A stretch of 54,612 nucleotides of DNA from Nemertoderma westbladi (taxonomy: Eukaryota; Animalia; Xenacoelomorpha), in the NCBI GenBank assembly GCA_032718475.1, contig JAUCBJ010008932.1, forward strand, positions 1-54,612, in the 5' to 3' direction. Within the stretch, counting starts at the first letter, position 1. Every line of letters starts with the position of its first letter. A program made the translations under genes and the position numbers. Positions 41,001-50,382 of this stretch are shown one piece after another. The notes beneath the pieces were generated by a model. The model did not search any database, was not told the DNA's origin, and saw nothing but the letters and a program-made list of their open reading frames with translations.

Positions 41001-44000
41001 AAAACCACACTGCTAAAAACACACTGTTACAAACACACTGCTAAACCACACTCCTAAAAACACACTGCAAAAAACACAGTGCTAAAAACACACGGGTAAA
41101 GACACACTGCAAAAAACACAGTGCTAAAAACACACTGGTAAAAACACACTGCCAAACCACACTCCTAAAAACACACTGCAAAAAACACAGTGCTAAAAAC
41201 ACACTGGTAAAAACACACTGCCAAACCACACTCCTAAAAACACACTGCAAAAAACACAGTGCTAAAACCACACTGGTAAAGACACACTGAAAAAACACTA
41301 CCAAAAACCCAGTGCTAAAAACACAGTGCTAAAACCACACTGCTAAAAACACACTGTTACAAACACACTGCTAAACCACACTCCTAAAAACACACTGCAA
41401 AAAAAACAGTGCTAAAAACACACTGGTAAAGACACACTGAAAAAACACTACCAAAGACACAGTGCTAAAAACATGCCTAAAACACAGTGCTAAAAACACA
41501 GTGCTAAAACCACACTGCAAAAAACACACTGCAAAAACACAGTGTTACAAACACACTGGTAAAGACACACTGAAAAAACATTACCAAAAACACAGGGCTA
41601 AAAACACACTGGTAAAGACACACTGAAAAAACACTACCAAAGACACAGTGCTAAAAACACGCCTAAAACACAGTGCTAAAATCACAGTGCTAAAACCACA
41701 CTCCTAAAAACACACTGCAAAAACACAGTGCTAAAAACACACTGTTACAAACACACTGGTAAAGACACACTGAAAAAACATCACCAAAAACACAGTGCTA
41801 AAAATACAGTGCTAAAAACACAGTGCTAAAAACACAGTGCTAAAAACACAGTGCTAAAAACACAGTGCTAAAAACACAGTGGCAAAAAAACACAGTGGTA
41901 AAAACACAGTGCTAAAAACACAGTGCTAAAAACACAGTGGTAAAAAAACACAGTGGTAAAAAAACACAGTGGTAAAAACTCCTGAAAAAACGGAACGTTA
42001 AAAATTTAGAATCGATTCTTCATATAGAGTATAGTGCAACACTCGATTGTCCAACATGTTTATCGGTTATTTTTCATCACACAACAAATTAAAAGAACAT
42101 AATGGCTTCTGAACAAAACCATTTACATTATCTAAATTACAGTTGCATTAACAGCTCAACTCCAATTTATTTAATTAATATCACCTGGCAGCAATACTCG
42201 AGCTGAATATTTATTTATTTGTACTTCCCTCCTGTTTCACTCTAGCATACTTGAGGCCGGTAGGTCCGCTGTTAGAGATAGAATATATGCAACTTAAGAC
42301 TGCCCGTTCAATAGAAGTGGATTAGGTGGGACTGCGAGAGTCAGGGGCTAGTGGCTGAGCTGGTTAGCGCTACTGATGAGGCCTGTTAGGCCGAAACGTA
42401 CGTATAGCGCTGGTTCAACCCCCGGTGACGCGCTTTCTCATTTTTTCCACTTCTGAACAAAACCATTTACATTACCTAATGGCTACACTAACAGTATAAC
42501 TAAGTAATTACAATAAGTGTTTGTTACCAAGCCGGTAGTTACCTGGCTATTCTAACCCAGTTGGAATGCTGGTTGAAGGAGTATTGGAACTTCTGTCTGT
42601 GTACCGTCCACACCTTTATGGTTTTATCGTCGCTAGCGGTTACCAGATTCTGCCCGTCTGCGCTGAACTCCACGCTACGCACCGTAGACGTGTGCGCCTT
42701 AAAAACAGTCGATTCGCCTTTCCTATATATAAAACAACAAAATATGGAAATTCGATGTGCGAACTTAAACACTACAGTTAAAGGTTAGTAAAGTAACAAT
42801 ATTACCAACTTTATAGTCCGTATAGATTAGCCGGCCCCCCAGTGGGCTACTCTACACTACATTCACTCACACACTAGGAATCCACAGCCGAACTGTTTTA
42901 TCTCGACTGGCGGAGGCGACTAGTTGGCCGTTAGGGGAGAAGTTGACGGAGAGCACTGCGTCCTTGTGTCCAACAAACCGATACGCTCTCATCTGCGGTT
43001 TAAAGTTCCAAACCATGAGAGAATTGTCGAGGGAACCCGATGCTGACAAACAAAACACTAACTTTAGTTATAGTTTTACACCAGAATACTAAGGGTAAAC
43101 CAAACAGGACAACTTATTAGCAATTGAAGCGAAAAAACTTCGTCGGGCTCGAACTCGCGACCTTCCGGTTGGGAGACCGACGCTCTAACCAGATTGACAA
43201 CTTGCACCAAACTTATTGATCATTATCATAGAATTACTTTACTGTAATCTCCGATTTCCCTACGGGAGGGCGAGGGTTGTATTTTGAATGCTCTCTGAGC
43301 CACCTCAGCACTGCTCTTCTCATCCAAAAACACGATCCACACTGACACAGGCTTTGCGCTATCAGTTACACAAACATAACGACCGGTACGACCGGTACTA
43401 AACTAACTTACCAAGTTGTTTAGAACTGACATGGAAATCGACACTGGTCACCGTGTCCTTGTGACCCTTAAAGTGGCGCTCTAAAGAAGGATCCGCCTAA
43501 AATAAACAAAATATTATCGGGACTTTAATATCCGAATATCAGAATTTAACGACGTTTGTGTTTGAAAATCATTAATTGGAATGGAATTGGAATTTTTTAT
43601 TTGACGTTAAATCAGTTAAAACGGGCACTAAGGATATCATTAAAATATAACATATAGAGTAGGAAAAGGTAACGGCAACAAACAAATGTACAGTACATGG
43701 TGTTCAACATGTCCTAGAAAATGTGATTTATCGGAAAACAGTACAAAATAGAAAAAATATAGATAAATAAAATGACCTTCAATAGATTGGATACACTATT
43801 TACAATATTTACAACATAATTATGGTAAAATTTAGGACTAACAAACATAGTGGATACGAGTTAAGGGAAGGGGGGGGGGGGGGGGGGGGGGGGGTACACC
43901 ATTTTCGGACAACTCCTCGATTTATCACTCTCAGCGTTTCAAAATTGTTTGGTTTTGGCTTAAATTTGGAATATAGGTGCCTAAGATGCTATTCTACATG

Positions 44001-45412
44001 ACAGGGCAGAAAATTTTTTTTTCGCTATTTAATATTAGTTAATAGGCTAAATACTAGTTAACAATAAAAAAACTTGGTTGCGCTTAAAACCCTAAGGCTT
44101 TTACAGTTTTGATTCTAATCACATGAAAGTATTTTTATATGATATATCAAAGATGGGGCAACATAACTATCCGGCGAAATTTTGTGAAAATAATTCTGCA
44201 TCGGTAGGTGGCGCTGCAAATTTATGCTAATTTTTTAGGTTTGTTATAAATAGTATTAAATTTTATTAAAAAAAAATTCGAAAAGTTGTCTGATACTTTT
44301 ATGCAGGGTGGGTATCTAGACACCCACAGAAAGTTTCAGACTACTTACTCAGAAATTGTAGAAGTAGTAGGGTTTTGAAGTTGACAATTTCATAAAAAAA
44401 ATATTTTGAGATAATCGACCTTTCATTATACATAGTAATAGTAATTTCAATAGGAATCCCTAAATGGAAATTGTTATAACTTGAAAACTAAAAGAGCTAT
44501 TAAATAGCGGTTTTCAGATTTGGAAACACCATTCAATGGTGCGTTATAATAGATCATAGAAAAAATTAACATATTTTGGACCAAAATGGACCAACCTTAC
44601 TGCCTTAAAAGGTATAAATGCAACAACCACAAAATTATTGTAATTTTACTAAAAAATATTGTAATTATGATAAGACATTTAAATTTGTTTGTAAATTTCT
44701 TTATATTCCGATGTGTCTCCAATCGATTATAGTCATACAATATGTAAGGAAAATGAAACTTGAAAGGATTGTTGGCTAACTACAATTTATTATTTAGAAA
44801 TAACGATTACAGCATTACACATACTTGCAACTGGTATAGAATTAATGTCTACAATTAAAGGTTAAATAATCAAAAGGTACAAACTCCTTAAAAGGACATG
44901 GGTTAAAGATGGGACTGATTTCACAACCGCCAAGGACCGGTCGACCGTTGAACCCCCTACTCAGCTACTAGTCCTGGCCTACTCTGCCTCTGTGACACTC
45001 AAGACTACGTCCGCATTTTATATGGAAAACATACAGCCTTATTACCGGTACTTAAGCCTGTAAGCAGTTAAGCCTACTAGATAGCTACAGTAGTCCACTG
45101 CATAAACATTGCTTGAGCAAGTTGCAAGTATGCTACCGGTACTTATTGGGTTCATTTGCAATTAGGCCTACCGGTACTGATTTAATTTAAAAATAGTTTG
45201 CATCCCCTTTGCCTGTTTGCCTTTCAGCCCTTCAATCGCCTGCGTGTACCGGTAACTGCGTGTACCGGTAACTGCGTTAATTTATGTGGAGTGACCTTGG
45301 CACTTAGGCCCTACAGCCCTACCTGCCTACCGGTATTAAACATCATACAAAGAAAAACTAACCATAATCAAACCGAATTTACTATAGACTGATCGATGTT
45401 CCGCTTTTTCAT
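22935..45412 (-). CDS. POC1: POC1 centriolar protein (WDR51): WD40 propeller plus C-terminal Poc1 coiled coil; 9 exons, 1371 nt, about 456 aa
   Basis: Exons join in frame at GT-AG sites: [76 protein letters not shown]|[17 protein letters not shown]. Confidence 0.95.
23185..23256 (-). mobile_element. Degenerate tRNA-derived SINE head
   Basis: Minus strand GTAGTGGTT..GGAGGTCGTGGGTTGGATCCC resembles A and B boxes. Confidence 0.4.
23635..24753 (-). repeat. 27-bp tandem array, about 41 copies, made of the POC1 exon 8 3' end plus its splice donor
   Basis: Sense unit GTTGGTCAGCTGGATATACTTACAAAG (VGQLDILTK). Confidence 0.97.
24730..24948 (-). CDS. POC1: POC1 exon 8 (most proximal donor assumed)
   Basis: CAG acceptor ending at 24949; [22 protein letters not shown]; AAG|GTTGGT; 219 nt, phase 0/0. 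Confidence 0.85.
25050..29170. repeat. 26-bp tandem array, about 155 copies, filling almost all of POC1 intron 7
   Basis: Unit CCACCTAGTGGGACAGACACAAATAA with AAAGAC/AAATAA variants. Confidence 0.97.
29181..29336 (-). CDS. POC1: POC1 exon 7
   Basis: TAG|[21 protein letters not shown]|GTTGGT; 156 nt. The donor position is less certain than the acceptor. Confidence 0.85.
30231..31397. repeat. 43-bp tandem array, 27 copies plus 6 bp, in POC1 intron 6
   Basis: Unit TAAACGATTAATATCCCTGCTGAGTATAATTCCTGTGAACAAA; begins and ends with TAAACG. Confidence 0.97.
33521..33723 (-). CDS. POC1: POC1 exon 6
   Basis: (A)[52 protein letters not shown]|GTAGGT; 203 nt. Confidence 0.93.
33728..36448. repeat. 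33-bp G-rich tandem array, about 82 copies, abutting the exon 6 acceptor; G-quadruplex-prone
   Basis: Unit GGGAGGGTTAGAGTGCAGTGGGTGGAGGGGGAT, with four G>=3 runs per unit. Confidence 0.97.
36664..36887 (-). CDS. POC1: POC1 exon 5
   Basis: CAG|(R)[22 protein letters not shown]|GTAAAC; 224 nt. Confidence 0.93.
37240..37715. mobile_element. TTAA-flanked non-autonomous DNA transposon (Kolobok-like GG..CC termini)
   Basis: TTAA at 37236-37239 and 37716-37719; G-rich left end and C-rich right end form imperfect TIRs. Confidence 0.5.
37722..41979. repeat. 13-14-bp complex minisatellite, about 300 units, in POC1 intron 4
   Basis: AAAAACACAGTGCT / AAAAACACACTGGT variants; a 330-bp block is duplicated at 40711 and 41041. 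Confidence 0.95.
42106..42479 (+). mobile_element. Hammerhead-bearing insertion (non-LTR retrozyme or Penelope-like fragment) bounded by 25-30-bp direct repeats
   Basis: CTTCTGAACAAAACCATTTACATTA at 42106-42130 and 42450-42474, 344 bp apart. Confidence 0.65.
42357..42416 (+). ncRNA. Type I minimal hammerhead ribozyme
   Basis: AGCGCTA-CTGATGA-GGCCT(GTT)AGGCC-GAAA-CG(TA)CG-TA-TAGCGCT: complete catalytic core, 7-bp stem I, 5-bp stem II, short palindromic stem III; predicted cleavage after GUA at 42404. Confidence 0.9.
42543..42722 (-). CDS. POC1: POC1 exon 4
   Basis: TAG|(V)[26 protein letters not shown](R)|GTAACT; 180 nt. Confidence 0.94.
42871..43042 (-). CDS. POC1: POC1 exon 3
   Basis: CAG|(A)[27 protein letters not shown]|GTGAGT; 172 nt. 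Confidence 0.94.
43140..43203 (-). mobile_element. tRNA-derived SINE head
   Basis: Minus strand TGGTTAGAGCGTCGGTCTCCCAACCGGAAGGTCGCGAGTTCGAGCCC has an anticodon-arm-like stem and a B box; no acceptor stem. Confidence 0.6.
43412..43496 (-). CDS. POC1: POC1 exon 2
   Basis: TTTTAG|[28 protein letters not shown]|GTAAGT; 85 nt. Confidence 0.94.
43865..44604. mobile_element. TTAA-flanked non-autonomous DNA transposon (Kolobok-like) in POC1 intron 1
   Basis: TTAA|GG at 43861-43866 and CC|TTAA at 44603-44608; subterminal CCATTTTCGG versus CCAAAATGG inverted match. Confidence 0.5.
45383..45412 (-). CDS. POC1: POC1 exon 1 (tentative): [10 protein letters not shown]
   Basis: ATG plus 9 codons ending at a phase-0 GTAAAT donor, as exon 2 requires; CpG-richer context. 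No homology support. Confidence 0.45.
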
Positions 45413-45721
45413 CTGATCTGCCGATAGTCAGATCAGGCGATGACTATCTAATACCTTAGTTCGCGGTCGCCGATTCTAAAAATTTGATAAAGCTGTAGGC
45501 TAGGCCTACCTAACACGCTGTCAGGTGTAAGCTGTTAGTGATATACTGATATATGGCAGTGCAGCGTGCAGGCCTATCACAGTATCAGCCTATCTCAGAA
45601 TATAGCCTATTATAGGACAGTAGGAACAGGAAAGTCTGCCAACATTTATGCTGCCCAGAAAATCTAACGTACCGGTAACATTACCAACAACTATCAGAAT
45701 GTAGACAGAATACAGGTGTAC

Positions 45722-45734
45722 GTTGCTAGGTTAC
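45722..45734. promoter_or_regulatory. Possible RFX X-box upstream of POC1
   Basis: GTTGCTAGGTTAC, close to the X-box pattern GTTGCYAGGNAAC, about 310 bp upstream of the tentative ATG. Confidence 0.3.
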
Positions 45735-45998
45735 ACATTCAGACAGTCAGACAACAGCAATAAAAAAGACTCCAATAAAGTATTTCTTTCCCATATTACA
45801 CAGTTTTCGCACAAATATATTTTTTTTCCGCCGAAAAAATTCCATGTTTTCTGCACAGCTGTAAGCAATATACATGTAAGATACGTTTAAATACATATTT
45901 CTTTCCCAGATTACAGACTTCTTGCACCAAATTATGTATATTCGTCCCAAAGTATTTATATATATTTTTATATTCGATATTGTTAACAACATCGATTA

Positions 45999-47825
45999 TT
46001 GTTTTGGTTAGAAAAAGACGCCTGTGTAACGTCCTTGTCAGAAAAGGAATTTGCGGAAGTTTTAAGTGAAATAAAAATAAATAAAAGTTACATAGGTGTC
46101 GCACTTGGATTGTTCACTTCGCTACCTGGTAATTGGCTTATATTTTTTCTTGCATTTTTTAATTTCGTGTTTAAATTTGGGGCGTACCCCACATCGTGGG
46201 GCTACAGTAAATTAATAGTAATTTTCAAATCGGGGAGCCGAGCTATTTGTGGTAATTACAGAGGTATATCAATTATGGAGACCTGTGCTAAGATTTATGA
46301 TATGTTATTATCAGCTAGACTGTCCTTATGGTGCAATATAAGTAGGTGTCAGGCAGGGGGTAGAAAAAACCGCAGTTGCACTGAACATATATTAGCACTG
46401 CGTCTACTTATAGATTATGCGATTTTTAAAAGGGAGAAACTTTTTGTACTATTTGTAGATTTCTCAAAGGCTTACGATAATATACCTAGAATGAAACTTA
46501 TTGAAAGATTAAGAAAATTGGGTTGTGGAAAAGTAATGTTAATGGCAATCTTAGCTACTTATACATGTACTAAAAGTATATTGAAATCCGCTATAATATG
46601 TACAGCCATAGGCGTAAGACAAGGTGCAGCTACTAGTGTAATATTATTTAGCTTATATATTGACAATCTGGTAACAATGGTGTGTAATACTGTAACCCAG
46701 GATGGTTATTTGGGTATTTTGCATATTATGTTACTAATGGATGATACTATAATTCTTTCTACTAACCGTAATTTGTGCCTGCGTAAATTGGGTGCTCTTA
46801 TAGCTTTTTGTAAAGAGTCTGGTATGAAGATAAATGTAAAAAAGACAAAGTTTTTCGTTGTTAATGGTGCAATGTACGATAGAACTCCTCTAGTTGTAAA
46901 TGACGTAACAGTTAACCATTGTACTACATACACCTATCTTGGATCTATTTTTACAGAAGATGGTAAATTCAACTCAGTTTTTAATCTACATAAAACTCGG
47001 TGCGAGGAGATTGTAAATAAATTTTCTATATTTTGTGCGCACAATACAAATATTGCTTTTTGTGTTAAAAAGCAGGTGTTTGAGGCTGCAGTAGCTACAG
47101 CATTCCTATATGGTTGCGAAGGCTGGTTAACTAATAATACTAAGAGTTTAGATATATTTTATGGCCGTATGATAAAAATATTATTAGGTGTACGGGAACA
47201 AACCCCGACCGACATTTGTTTAATAGAAGTAGGGATGCCTTCCATTCAAACACGCATAATGAAATACCGCAAACGGTTCCTACAGAAAGCTCTACATACG
47301 CTACCAGAGGACACACCTTTCCGACAGGCACTTACCATTTGTAAGAATGTAAACTCACCAGGGTACAACATGATAAAGTGTGCTATGGCGTGGTCCGAAC
47401 CAAGCCCGACTAACAGCGACATTCTTACTAGAATACGCAAGAAGCCAAGCACGGCGACCAAGTTTGTCACATACAGGACGTCACTGAATATGGACCTGAC
47501 ATGCCACTCGATTTACAGCCTGAAATCCCCGTATGTACCGGATTATATTAGGGTGCACTTCAGCAGAATGCGATTAATGTCGCACAACCTGTTTGTAGAA
47601 CGAGGGCGATGGTCACGGATTCCACACGAGGAGCGAGTGTGTCCCTGTGATAACAAATCCGTTCAGGACGAAGTGCACACACTGTTACATTGCCCAATAT
47701 CACTACCAATACGCAGACAGTACCCACAGTTAAATATGCAAAATATAAGTATCTTTTTCAATGGTAATATGGATAATATTGAACAATTGTGTAGGTATAT
47801 AGAGTCAGTAATGTCTGTATATTAA
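45999..47825 (+). CDS. LINE ORF2 fragment: reverse transcriptase plus C-terminal Cys/His motif (first about 10 codons come from flanking DNA)
   Basis: NYRGISI, QAG.RK.RSC, FVDFSKAYD, GVRQG, LLMDD, INVKKTK, YTYLG, SHNL.VERGRW..CPC..DEVH.L.HCP. Confidence 0.9.
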   Translation: MFWLEKDACVTSLSEKEFAEVLSEIKINKSYIGVALGLFTSLPGNWLIFFLAFFNFVFKFGAYPTSWGYSKLIVIFKSGSRAICGNYRGISIMETCAKIYDMLLSARLSLWCNISRCQAGGRKNRSCTEHILALRLLIDYAIFKREKLFVLFVDFSKAYDNIPRMKLIERLRKLGCGKVMLMAILATYTCTKSILKSAIICTAIGVRQGAATSVILFSLYIDNLVTMVCNTVTQDGYLGILHIMLLMDDTIILSTNRNLCLRKLGALIAFCKESGMKINVKKTKFFVVNGAMYDRTPLVVNDVTVNHCTTYTYLGSIFTEDGKFNSVFNLHKTRCEEIVNKFSIFCAHNTNIAFCVKKQVFEAAVATAFLYGCEGWLTNNTKSLDIFYGRMIKILLGVREQTPTDICLIEVGMPSIQTRIMKYRKRFLQKALHTLPEDTPFRQALTICKNVNSPGYNMIKCAMAWSEPSPTNSDILTRIRKKPSTATKFVTYRTSLNMDLTCHSIYSLKSPYVPDYIRVHFSRMRLMSHNLFVERGRWSRIPHEERVCPCDNKSVQDEVHTLLHCPISLPIRRQYPQLNMQNISIFFNGNMDNIEQLCRYIESVMSVY

Positions 47826-48107
47826 GCTGTTTTTGTATACGAGGTTCAAAAATTATTCGATTGATAGCATCAATACATTAGTATTAGTAATGAGGCATTA
47901 GTAATGTGTCAATTAAAATAATCTTGTGCTAATTATATTTAAATGTTTATTTTATTAAATTACAGTAGGAATTATTATTTTGATGATTATGTATAACATG
48001 TATATTATTAATATCAGGACGTAAAGTGGTGTTGTGCTGGTTAATAATTGTTTATCTCATTTATATACAATCTAACTTTATGTCAATAAACTAACTAACT
48101 AACTAAC
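46030..48107 (+). mobile_element. 5'-truncated non-LTR retrotransposon (RTEX/L2-Crack-like; clade uncertain)
   Basis: Open RT ORF; 3' UTR ends AATAAA(CTAA)n; no endonuclease domain visible; both flanks belong to one roughly 75-bp host repeat. Confidence 0.9.
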
Positions 48108-48739
48108 CTGCTACTATCCCTCAATAGGTAGCAACATACAGTACTGTAGTTTATTGTTTTGGTTAGAAAAATACGTCTCTGTAAGATGCTCTTTCCCTCA
48201 ATTGGTAACAACATCGTTTATTGTTTTGTTTAGAAAAAGCCGACTCTATGGAAATAATTTTATTTTTAAGTTCAGATGTATTTTATTTTGGTCGACAAGT
48301 AAATGATTTGGTGCAAAAAGTATGTGTTTTGCTAATTTTGTTGTTTTGTATGTTTTTTGGGTAAACTTAATTGGTAGCCAATAAAAAATAACAACACAAA
48401 TTTAATAAGTACAGTAGCCTCACCGGGAAGGAGTTAGGCCCGAGTCACATATGATCAACTTTCCAATAACTACTGTACGTTCCGGTTCACACATTGAACT
48501 TTCAGCTCATAAAATTATAGTATATATTGCTTAGACCATATATAAATGGTTGAGGAATATTCGGTTTACAGTTAGGAGTTTAGTAGGATTATAAGTGTTT
48601 TTTTTAATTTTATTTAAAGTAATTATTATTAATATGGAAAACAAATTCGATGACGTAATATTAGCCTATGCCTTACATAGGCGGTGGAATATGAGGTTCA
48701 CCCGATCAATCAAAAAAGGTTGTAGTTAGATGTGATGGG

Positions 48740-48822
48740 CCCTTACCCTCGGATAGCAGCTAACAAAAGAGGAGCCTTCGAGTCGCCTCCGGCTTTTCCT
48801 CCTGTTTGCTATGCTTGCTTGC
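48740..48822 (+). mobile_element. SINE-like 3' segment, same family as 9848-9950
   Basis: Shared sequence in the opposite orientation. Confidence 0.6.
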
Positions 48823-49398
48823 ATAGAACCGCTTATGCTGTACAGTTATAGCATGTGGAGGAAGTATACACCGGGCTATGCAACACTACTTTAATTTTAA
48901 GGTAGGCCTAAAGTATATAATATTATAAATGTTATATACTGTAGCGGTTGGGTGCAATCTTCGCCCGATTGAGGGAAAGGATTGAAAAATTGTTTTTTCA
49001 AAAAATTGCACTGCAGTAGGCCTATTTGACATTATTGCTTGCATACAGTAGTTACAACAATTCCCATCATTGTAGCTGTAGGCCTACACATAGCAGCTAC
49101 TGCAATACTAAAAATGTTAAATAATTTAATTTTCTGTAATATCTATGTATTAAAGTAGAAAGCAACTCATCTACATAAACCAATATTGTATATTGAGTTC
49201 CGTTTTGCAGTACGACTTGCAGTCACTAAAGTTGCAATAACTTTGAACGCGTGAATATGGTTTCTACACAAATTATTTGAAAACCTTTTCTAATTCGATG
49301 CTCTTTCAACACATGTGATAAAATTTAAAAAATTCTGCCACAACTTCTTATTACAGTAAATTTTCCCCCGGGCTAAAAGTAAAATTAATGGAATCCTA

Positions 49399-50096
49399 CC
49401 CTGCAAACATTTTACGTTAATTACGCTAATCTAACGTTAGACTTTAGTCTGTTTTAGGTTAGAAAAATAAAGTTATAAAAATAACTTAGAACAAACGTTT
49501 TCTAACGTCTTATAATCGTTTAAAAACTACATGTCTAAAATCAACTAAACCCAAACGTTAAACAGACATTGAATTTTAACATCAATTTTTAACGTTATTT
49601 TGAAACGTCTGACATTGGTTTGATTTAATCATGAACATAAATCACTAAACTCAATATTAAACAAACGTTGAAATTTAACATCGATTTTTAATGTTAATTT
49701 AAAACGTCTGATATTGGTTCAATAGAATCATTCCTAGTATAGAAAATTGTAATGTAATTTAGTCACGTTAATATTTATTGCACCAGGTCCCCCGGAATAT
49801 AGTGTTGTAATTCAGCCCTGCAAACAATTTAACGTTCAAATGGCGTTGAAAAACGAAAAATTTATAACAAATAAACGCTAGAATCTGACGTTAGTAAAAG
49901 TAGATCGAACGTTCGTTTGGCCGCTTTTGTGACGTTAAAATTTCCCCAAAAACAACGTTGAATTTTACGTCAAATATATATATTCCAACGTTATCTTTAA
50001 CCGTTGAATTTGCAGTATATTAATCGTTAAACCAACTTCAGTTAATCGACAAAACTAACGTTAGATATCCATATTCCAACGTTTATTTAATCAGGG
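49399..50096. mobile_element. MITE-like DNA transposon sequence with CCCTG..CAGGG ends and AACGTT subterminal motifs (EnSpm/CMC-like, inferred)
   Basis: CCCTGCAAACA at 49399 and 49817; CAGGG ending at 50096; many AACGTT motifs; a roughly 100-bp internal duplication. Confidence 0.45.
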
Positions 50097-50382
50097 ATTT
50101 TCAGTTTTTCAGGCCACTAGGTAAATCTCACGTTACCTTACGTTGTACTGTACATTGCACATTATAATTATTATCTCATCAGCAGAGGACTATATTACTA
50201 CAATATAGGCCTATAATATGTTATGAGAATTATAAATGAATGGAAACTTTTTAAACTGGAAACTTATTCACTTATTTATTTACATTGTAAATGAAATTAT
50301 TACAAAATTATCAGGTAGTTAGTTGACAGCACAGATACAGTCTATAGTTCGCATTGGCAAAAATAAGTCTTACTGAAACAAA

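Noticed and set aside
383-41304. Long repetitive ORFs in the arrays (MVNRHSF.., SHLLYLTT, LMHLVNGV.., MGGLECSG.., CVF..)
   Set aside because: They result from unit lengths divisible by 3 or low complexity, are often open in several frames or on both strands, and mostly lie inside introns.
37722-41979. CACAGTG plus A-runs resembling V(D)J recombination signals or Transib TIRs
   Set aside because: No ACAAAAACC nonamer at consistent 12/23 spacing and no transposase; expected by chance in an AC-rich repeat.
7532-43203. Functional tRNA genes at about 7532, 8896, 23185 and 43140
   Set aside because: A/B boxes are present but I found no complete acceptor stems; tRNAscan-SE would settle it.
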